Origin: Octopus vulgaris
Lineage: Eukaryota
NCBI GenBank assembly: GCA_951406725.2
Contig: OX597820.1
Span: 32,860,001 to 32,924,000 of the forward strand
Reading direction: 5' to 3'
DNA: 64,000 bases
Numbering within the stretch: the first letter of the stretch is position 1; each line of letters opens with the position of its first letter. Positions 55,435 to 64,000 of the stretch are shown here, piece after piece. A program made the translations under genes and the position numbers. Under the pieces are notes generated by a model that made no database searches, was not told the origin of the DNA, and worked only from the letters and a program-made list of their open reading frames with translations.

Positions 55435-56043
55435 AGACGAATTTGTAGAGCGCGTCGAACAAAAGTCTTCTCTGAATTTATTTCATTGTTTACGATCGGA
55501 GTTCAAATCCAGCCAAAATCGACACACACGCATATATATATATATATATACACACACACATACAAGAGTATAAACCATATTTATTTGAATTTTTATTATC
55601 TTCTAGAGAGAGACAGGGAGGGAGAGAGAGAAAAAACTCCAGTCTCAAAGGGAAAAGGAAATGTAGATGTTGTGATGTTCATTCATTTTTGTTTTCAATG
55701 AGGCGTAACGAGAATCGAAATTCTAGTTTATGGTTTCGCTTAGTCACGCAACCGTCTTTACGCATGACACGTCATTGTGGGACGAACACACAGACACAGA
55801 GAGACATGGAGACAAACAAACGAAACACACGCATTGATAAGGACATATCAGCTGTATCACACACGCACGCATACGTACACGCACACACTCACTCTGTCTC
55901 TCTATCTCTCTCTCTTTCTCTATCTCTCATATTCGCAAAAACAACCACATACATACAAACATATATTTACACACACATTTACAAACCGATCACACACATA
56001 TACACACACACGCTTACAGAAAAGCGTACACAAATACATGTCA

Positions 56044-56076
<33 letters not shown>

Positions 56077-56403
56077 GTATAAATGCTATTTTTTATATAC
56101 GTATATATGTATGTATTCTTTTATTTTAACGTGTTTCACTCATTTGACTGTGGCCATGCTGGGGCACCGTCTTAAAGTGTTTTATTCGAAGAAATCGACC
56201 CTAGGACTGACTGATTCTTTTTTAAATCTAGTACTTATTATGTCGGTCACTAATGTCGAGCCGCTAAGTTACCTGAATGTAAACACACCAACACCAGTTG
56301 TCAAGCGGTGGGGGTGGGGGAACAAACACAGACACAAAGACCCACACACACACACATAAATATATCAAATATATACATAATATATAAATATGTATGAATG
56401 TGT

Positions 56404-56449
<46 letters not shown>

Positions 56450-56544
56450 AGTTTTGATAAGTGTAATATAATAAAACTTTCTTTCCTCGAGTCACTTGTA
56501 ACTTTCCGCCGATACAAAATAAGAAAAAGTAAAAAAAAGATATA

Positions 56545-56580
<36 letters not shown>

Positions 56581-56673
56581 TGTGTGTGAGTGAGTGTGTG
56601 TGAGTGAGTGTGTGTGTGTGTGTGTGTCAAGTTACACTGACACACACATTTGATAAAACAATAAAACAAAACA

Positions 56674-56711
<38 letters not shown>

Positions 56712-56825
56712 CTGGAATAAACACAAATATTCACACCGAATAACTTATAAAATACAACACTAACGTAAACATACATACATACATACATGTATATGTGTGT
56801 GTATATTTGTGTGTGTGTGTGTGTA

Positions 56826-56856
<31 letters not shown>

Positions 56857-57412
56857 ATGGAGAGAGAGAGAAAGAGAGAGAGAGAGGGTGGCGTAGTAGG
56901 CTTTCATACACTGACACGAAACTCAAGCGCTCATACCCGGAGGTACATACACACACACACGCACACACACACACACACACAATGAACGATATACGAGTAT
57001 ACAAACGGGAAACCTTCACAAATATTAAAATATGTACTGATGGAGAGAAAGAGAAGGAGAACACATGAATACGTTCTCTGTCTCTCACTCTCTCTCTATC
57101 AACACACGTATGTATGTATGTATGTATGTATGTATGTATGTATGTATGTATGTATGTATGTATGTATGTATGCATGTATGTATGTGTGTGTGTGTGTATG
57201 TATAGGAAGATGACATAGGTAGCTAGAAAGATACATACACGCACGCACACACACACACAGGAACACACACATATATATAGTAGGGACGCTATAACGAATG
57301 TAAACATACGATATAAACACATTGATATTTTCATAGACACACACACACACATATATATATATACATATATATATATTATGTTTGTACGTATGTATGTGTA
57401 CATATATATATG

Positions 57413-57463
<51 letters not shown>

Positions 57464-57723
57464 GTATATACATATATATTTATACATACATATATATATA
57501 CATTTATATATACTTAAGTGCGTGTGTGTATGGATGTGCACTTTGATGTAAACAAAACACACACACACACACACACATACACTCACATACTTGGTATATG
57601 AAGATTCATCATCGAAGACACTTCATCGACTTGACTTCAAACACATACACACACACACAGGCCGATAAACGAACTGTCACAGAAGACAAACACGCACACA
57701 CACATATATACATATATACAAAC

Positions 57724-57760
<37 letters not shown>

Positions 57761-57864
57761 TGTGTGTGTGTGTGTGTGTGTGAGTGTGTGTGTACTCACA
57801 TTTCCTAATAAACATTCTAAGTTTACGATAGACATATATTCAAATAAACAGTTACAGGCAATAT

Positions 57865-57938
<74 letters not shown>

Positions 57939-58040
57939 GTACATACATACATACACATATACATACAATCATACATACATACATAAATATATACATACAT
58001 GCAAACATACATACATACATACATAAATATATACATACAT

Positions 58041-58101
58041 GGCGGTGCCCCAGCATGGCCACAGCTCGTGAGCTGAAACTAGAATCAATCAATCAATCAA
58101 T
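58041..58101 (+). mobile_element. Extremely 5'-truncated CR1-type tail
   Basis: GGCGGTGCCCCAGCATGGCCACAGCTCGTGAGCTGAAAC followed by (AATC)n. Confidence 0.7.
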
Positions 58102-58168
58102 ACATACATACATACATACAAATATACATACATAAATATATACATACATACATACATTCATACAAATA

Positions 58169-58199
<31 letters not shown>

Positions 58200-58548
58200 T
58201 CTAATACACACATAAACACCCTCTCGCAAAGTGCCGATACGCACTCGGCACACATAGGCACCCAATATACACATATTCAAATAAACACACTCGAAGTCCA
58301 CACTCACATCGTCGCGCCCGCGCACATCCACCCTGATTAAAATTCTATTTTTAAAATAACAAATCGCCGCCGCACAGTTTATTCTCCTCTCTACTCCTGC
58401 CCACCTCTTCCCACCCCGCTCACCTTGATACCTTTTGCTTCTTACTCTCCCCCGTCCTTTACTCCGTCGTCGTCACACGACAACGACGACCCCCCACCCC
58501 ACCCCCCCACCCATTCCCTCTTGTTTATTCATTTATTTATTTATTCAT

Positions 58549-58579
<31 letters not shown>

Positions 58580-58899
58580 CTATTAAAGTTTCTCTCTCCC
58601 TCCTCCTTCTCGAAGCTTCGATTACGCTAACACCACCACCTTCCCCCCTGCTCGCCACCCTCTTCCCCTTCATGTGTTTACTACAGTTGTTGTGATAGTG
58701 GCGACGGCGGTGATAGCAATCCAACCCCCTGCCCCTGTTGATTCTATATTTATCTACATTACGCAGCAGTCACTCCTCCTCCTCTCTCGTTATCGTACGT
58801 CACTCGCTGCTCACTCTCATTGTAATCTTTCGTCATTCTCTCTCCTCTCGCTCTCCCTCTCTCTATTCGTCTTCTTTGTTGCCACACGCATTCAAACTA

Positions 58900-58934
58900 T
58901 ATAAAATGACTCCGGTTTTCATATCAATTCAGTC
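58900..58934 (+). promoter_or_regulatory. Core promoter: TATA box and initiator
   Basis: TATAAAA starts at 58900; TCAGTC (TCAKTY Inr) has its A at 58931, placing TATA at -31; repeat-poor surroundings. Confidence 0.7.
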
Positions 58935-59631
58935 GCAAGCAAAACTAGCGTGCGAGGCGCTTCGCCTTTTTCTACTTCTTTACTCAAAATACACAAGTAT
59001 CGTAAACAAACTTGAACACTCGCGAACAATCAACAGACAGAAAGAAAAATATATACATATATATCTTTTATCCATCATAGAACTTAACTATTTCTCCAAA
59101 TTTTTAATTTTCACTTTTTCATTCGAGGATTTTTTAAGCAAACCTGCATTTTGAGGATTCACATATATATTTATTTACATTTTCTACGGAATTATATTTA
59201 AATATAACATATATATAAACGGACGCATTTTACAGAACTTAATTGTTTTGTCTTTTATATCTTTATAAATTTTTCCAAAGAGGAATATATTTTCTCGGTT
59301 TTTCTCCGAACGAATCAACGAAAAAAAACCACGTTTATTTGACTTGTATAAAAAATTTACAAATCAAAATTTTGACAAATCCTATCTTCTAAAGGAACTT
59401 AACCCAAACATATATATAAATATAAATTGACATATATATATATATATCATTTAATTTATTTTTCATAAACAGAAGAAACTAAGTTTTAAAAGTTAGCTAA
59501 ACGCTTTGATTATTTCTCTTTTTCCTCTCAAAATCGGATTTATATATTAAAATTTTTGGGATTTGTTTTTCTGATCAGTCTTAAGATATATATATATATA
59601 TATACACACACACAAAGTTCTTTTAACTGGG

Positions 59632-59754
59632 ATGGCTAATAGTTACTACAAAGTGGAGCAGGCACCTTTTGATGATCAGATAGTTCCAGACAAGGATGAT
59701 CTCCAGTTCTCTGTAGATGTTGCTTCAGCAGCAGTTGGAAACGGTTGGCCACAA
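59632..59754 (+). CDS. First coding exon (41 aa, MANSYYKVEQ...GNGWPQ) of an unidentified gene continuing beyond the window
   Basis: First ATG after the predicted TSS, gggATGG context, complex amino-acid sequence, phase-0 CAA|GTAAGT donor. Confidence 0.8.
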
Positions 59755-62659
59755 GTAAGTAGAGAACGGCCGAGATACAACGGTCTAATTTTGAGATTTA
59801 TTAATGGCATAACTACAGTTTGATGCCCCTAAATTTTGTTTCCTTATAACTTTCTGTAATGTGCATATTTTTTAATGAAAGTTTACTGAGGTACGCTTTC
59901 GAGGATATAGAATATAAATGTGTTGGTAAAATTCTTTAAAAAGATTTTGGAAAAGTTTTGGATAGCTCTAACACCAATTTCCATTACTTTAAGCAGTTTC
60001 CTCTTTTTTTTTACTTTTATATACTTGAAACATCAACATAATGTAATCTACACTCTCAAGGCGTATTCCTGCAAAATTTCATTAAAAAATATGCATTTTA
60101 AAGAGTTTATAAGGAAACAAAAGTCAGAAGCGGGAAGAATGATCCGAAACTCTTACACCTTTTTTTTTGTTTTTTGTTTTTTTAAATGTTATTGTAATCA
60201 TAATCTATTCGCGAGAGAGTATCTCTACAAAATTTTATTTGAAAATATGCATTTTATAAAAAGTTGTAAAGCAATAAATTTGTTGGGGCTCTAAACTATA
60301 GTTATGCCTTTATTTTCGTTTTGTTTCATTAAAATATTTGGTAGTCCTCAAGTACCATCTACCTTAAAACTGGGAGAGCTAGCTGCTCATATCGTCAACA
60401 ACAACAACAGCATTATAAGCAACTATGTTTATTAAATATTATACTTAAGAAGAAATTTGCTTTCGTTTCATTTTTTTTTCTTTTGCTCGAAACTGAAATT
60501 AAAATTTAATTTCTAATAATCATTGTTGTTGTTACTCCTAGTTCAATACCAGTTATATACTGAGGAAGTGAATTTAAGCGATTATTTTCCTTTCTCAAAA
60601 GTCTGGCCCTTGTGTCGATCACGATCGGGTTAGTAATTGCCTGGTGGTTGTTTTAACGTTTAGTTGTGTCGCCTGGCGGTATCAGTTCGAATCCCGCCGA
60701 GGGTCAGGCTGACTTTGCAACATCCCCCAAGGAAGTTACTTTGGCTCGTGGTTCAGTGGTGGAAACTTAAGGACTGCCTTATTATTATTTTCTCTTTAAT
60801 TTTCTAAAATGTCTTTCGTGGAAGCAGGAGAGGTGGGGTGTTATGTTTGTGTATAAGCATGTACGTATACTTATATACATGTGTATATAAGCGTGAGTTT
60901 ATTACAATGTGCTGTTTGTTATGAATGATTTTTTTTTTTTATTATTTTGGTCAGTGGACGGTGGGCAACTCTAGATTTGAACCTGGGGGGCCTTTCATCA
61001 AAACATGCATTCATTATATGCGCGCTTGGACGTGCGAAAGAGTTTTTAACGTAGTAAACAAACTACACATGAAAAGAAGCATGCGCGCACACACACGTGC
61101 ACGCATGCGCGCAGACGTACATGTCGATCGACAGATTAAAAAAGAAGATTGATAAAGCATGGCAAAAAAAAAATTAATTAATAAACAATTTAATCAAGTG
61201 CATCAATTAATTATTAAACGTAGTTGGAATTTACCCCCATGTCTAGTAATTAATGCCCTAACACCCTCCGCAGAACGACGTTCAAATTTCGTTAATCCTC
61301 TTTAAACCGCTTCACATGCCAATACAAAACTATCGAAAGATGCGAAAAGGGTTCGATGATGGCGTGATTGCAAAATAGGTGAGCATACTATCGGACCATA
61401 AGGATTAAAAAGAAGAAAAACAAATAGCGGGATTATGTTAGAGACCCCTTATTTTTATTTTTATTTTTTTACGCGTGTTTTGATCAGCTGACTGTTCCTT
61501 AATCCGAATCAAAGCGGTTTATCTCAGCTTAGGAGATTTGTCTTAATTTTCATTTTAATTTCAAAACATCCAATGTTTGTTGTGTTTATTATTTACATCA
61601 ATTGGTAAATATCTACGGCAATCATTCCTTCACTGTAGGATTAAGGATTTTATAACTTTTCCCCCACTCGATCCCGACGGATATTGCGAAGAGACGGAAT
61701 GAATGAGAGCGGGGCAGGTTGACCCCTTCACTGGATAAAATTATACCAGATTGAATGAAACCCTTCGAGATCTCCTAGTCAAACAGACCCTCATCGCAGC
61801 CCCCCCCTCTCACCTGTTTAGACGTAGACATAACAGCCAAATTTCAAGTAGATCTTGATAAAATATAGTAAAATAATGACCAAAAAGCCGTTTTATGTAT
61901 GTAGTACTTGTGTGTATGAGTGTTTAAACATCGGTAGATATCAAAACAAAACTAGTTTTCATTCACGCAAACTTTTTCGAAGGTTACACTCTCTACTTTC
62001 ACCGCCTCTCCTACCACCACTTAAACTTCTAACACTACTACCACTGCTACTACCTCACTACGTCTCCGCTAAATTCCATTATCTTTAACAACTTTTCTTT
62101 GTTTTATTTTTTTTTATTTTTGTTTCGTTTTTTTTTTTTCTTTCTTTCTTTAACGGGTTTCCTTACCGGTAGGTAGTTCGATTCCTCGCCTAAGTTCAAA
62201 TACCTCTGGGGAGGATGGGGGGGTTTTCGTCTTTTACCTTTAATCCATCCATCTGGGGGAGGATGAAGTAAAAAAATAAAAATACCGGTAAAAAAAATGC
62301 GATGAGGATTTCACTACTAAATTAACACCTCAATAAATATACGTTTGTAAACATTACACATTTACAGACATTTAGAATACACGGGTTAAATTTTGTTTTA
62401 AATCCCATATAGATAGATAGATAGACTGGATATTTAAAACCTAGATGGGTAAATAGAATATACACACGCGTAGGAAAATAGATAATTAGATAGATGGATA
62501 GATAGGTTGAGGTGTATAAGACATCTGTTTAAAATATAGAGAGAGATATGTAGATAGATACATATAAATTGTTTATGCGAAATTTATAGTGCGAAGCTTC
62601 GTGATGGTGGGGAAGGCGACGACGTAGAAAGGTCCCAACGTGTTTTTGCGCGCACATAA

Positions 62660-62725
62660 AACCTGTAGGCGGAGCCTTAGTCATACTGCTTTTTGATTGG
62701 TGCAACTGGTGATGACGTCACCACT
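62660..62725. promoter_or_regulatory. Candidate intronic regulatory cluster
   Basis: AGGCGGAGCC (GC-box-like), ATTGG at 62696-62700 and a full CRE TGACGTCA at 62713-62720 within ~55 bp. Confidence 0.35.
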
Positions 62726-64000
62726 AGAATATCCTAAATATAGAAACTGACGACGGAGAAATCACTGAAGCGAGTATACCCCTCCCCTTCCTCCTTCTGG
62801 TTGTTTCTTTCTCTGTCCCTCTCTGTATTTCTTTATTTCCTCTTTCTTTCACTCATCCTATTTCTCCCTCGCTCAGCTTTTCATTCATACAACGCACACA
62901 TGGTATCGCTATCATTTTCTCTCTCTCTTTTTCTCAACAACACGCCGCCTAAACTAACGATCAAACTCGGGGATTCTCTATGTAGTCGCTCGGCCAGCTA
63001 GAAATAGCAGTTAAGTCCTCCTTATGGCATCTTACCGTTTTTAAAAGTTTCAAAAGCAAAATAAAAAAATCTTGTTACGGTCACTGCTGGAGTAGTTTGA
63101 TCCGGATCTAAAACTACTATAACCTCGATTAACACCTGATCGAATTATAAGCCGAGGTAGGGGCTGGATTGAGGGGGAGGACATGATCTGACTAGCGTAG
63201 CGTGATATGGTGTGAGAGATTTTGTCTCTGACCACGTGGGTCCAGTAAAATAGATGATTTTCTTCCTCATTTATAAATAAATCCATTTATTAATTGTAAA
63301 TTGTTTTTAATAGACTTTTAGGGAAAATGGGAGTGATTTTTTTTTTGTTTTTGTATGTGTATATATATAAATATATATAATTTTGTGTATGGTCATGAAA
63401 ATGATTTTTGATTCTTTTTGAAGAAAAAGTCAATCCTTTTATCTTATGGGGGTTGCTGAGTAAGATTGGACGGACGGGTAGGCGATTGAGGTGACGAGTT
63501 TGGGAGCCGGGTGCAAATTGTTTGTTGGAAGGCCACGTGTAATTTTATTATATGCGATAATAAATACCTATTACACCCGTTTGACTCCCTACTTCTACCC
63601 CTAGCAACCACACAATAGATCACTCCTATCTGAAACGCCTAAATTGCAGTGATTGTAACTACAGTACATGGGGGGCAAAAAGTGCAGTGGTTTCTCTCCC
63701 TCTCTCTCTCTCTTTCTAAACCCATGTGTAACTAGCTAGGCCGAGCCGACTCATGCCTTGCTAATAAAACTGGGTGCACAAGTTCGATCTACGTCACGTC
63801 GAAATCGACGGAGATCCCATTATAAAGTTGTACAGATCGATGGAAGAAAATCTATCAGTGATCTTGTTCGTTTGAGCGAAAATCTCTGCCCGTGTTAGAC
63901 AAATCTAGATCGCTATAGTGAACAATAGCGTCGATTATAATAAACGACGCTATTGTTTTTTCAGAACGAAAATCGAAACAGGTTAACCTGCCTCCAATTC

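Noticed and set aside
59755-59823. Remainder of the 63-aa ORF after GWPQ
   Set aside because: It follows a perfect GTAAGT donor and is most likely intron read-through.

Overview
Eukaryotic, AT-rich, microsatellite-saturated DNA. The repeat content looks like an octopus genome (inferred from recalled SINE sequences, not searched). Nearly all ORFs in the supplied track are translations of (TA)n, (CA)n, (ATAC)n or (AAT)n. Only two credible gene pieces are present: a low-complexity first coding exon (20626 into a 100-N gap at 22084-22183) and a first exon with TATA and Inr at 58900-58934, an AUG-free ~700-nt leader and 41 codons ending at a GTAAGT donor (59632-59754). The rest is a mosaic of tRNA-derived SINEs (called A-D here), CR1, RTE and R4/Dong-like LINE ends, mariner, DD37D-like and Chapaev-like transposase relics, and MITEs. 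Three observations stand out. (1) Several unrelated short repeats carry minimal type I hammerhead-ribozyme motifs of the Penelope-like-element kind, often as inverted pairs; one is fused behind a tRNA-like Pol III head (32664-33123). (2) SINEs C and D occur with three different 3' tails in all six head x tail combinations. (3) The SINE A tail matches CR1 LINE 3' ends in the same window, with compensatory changes in a terminal stem-loop.
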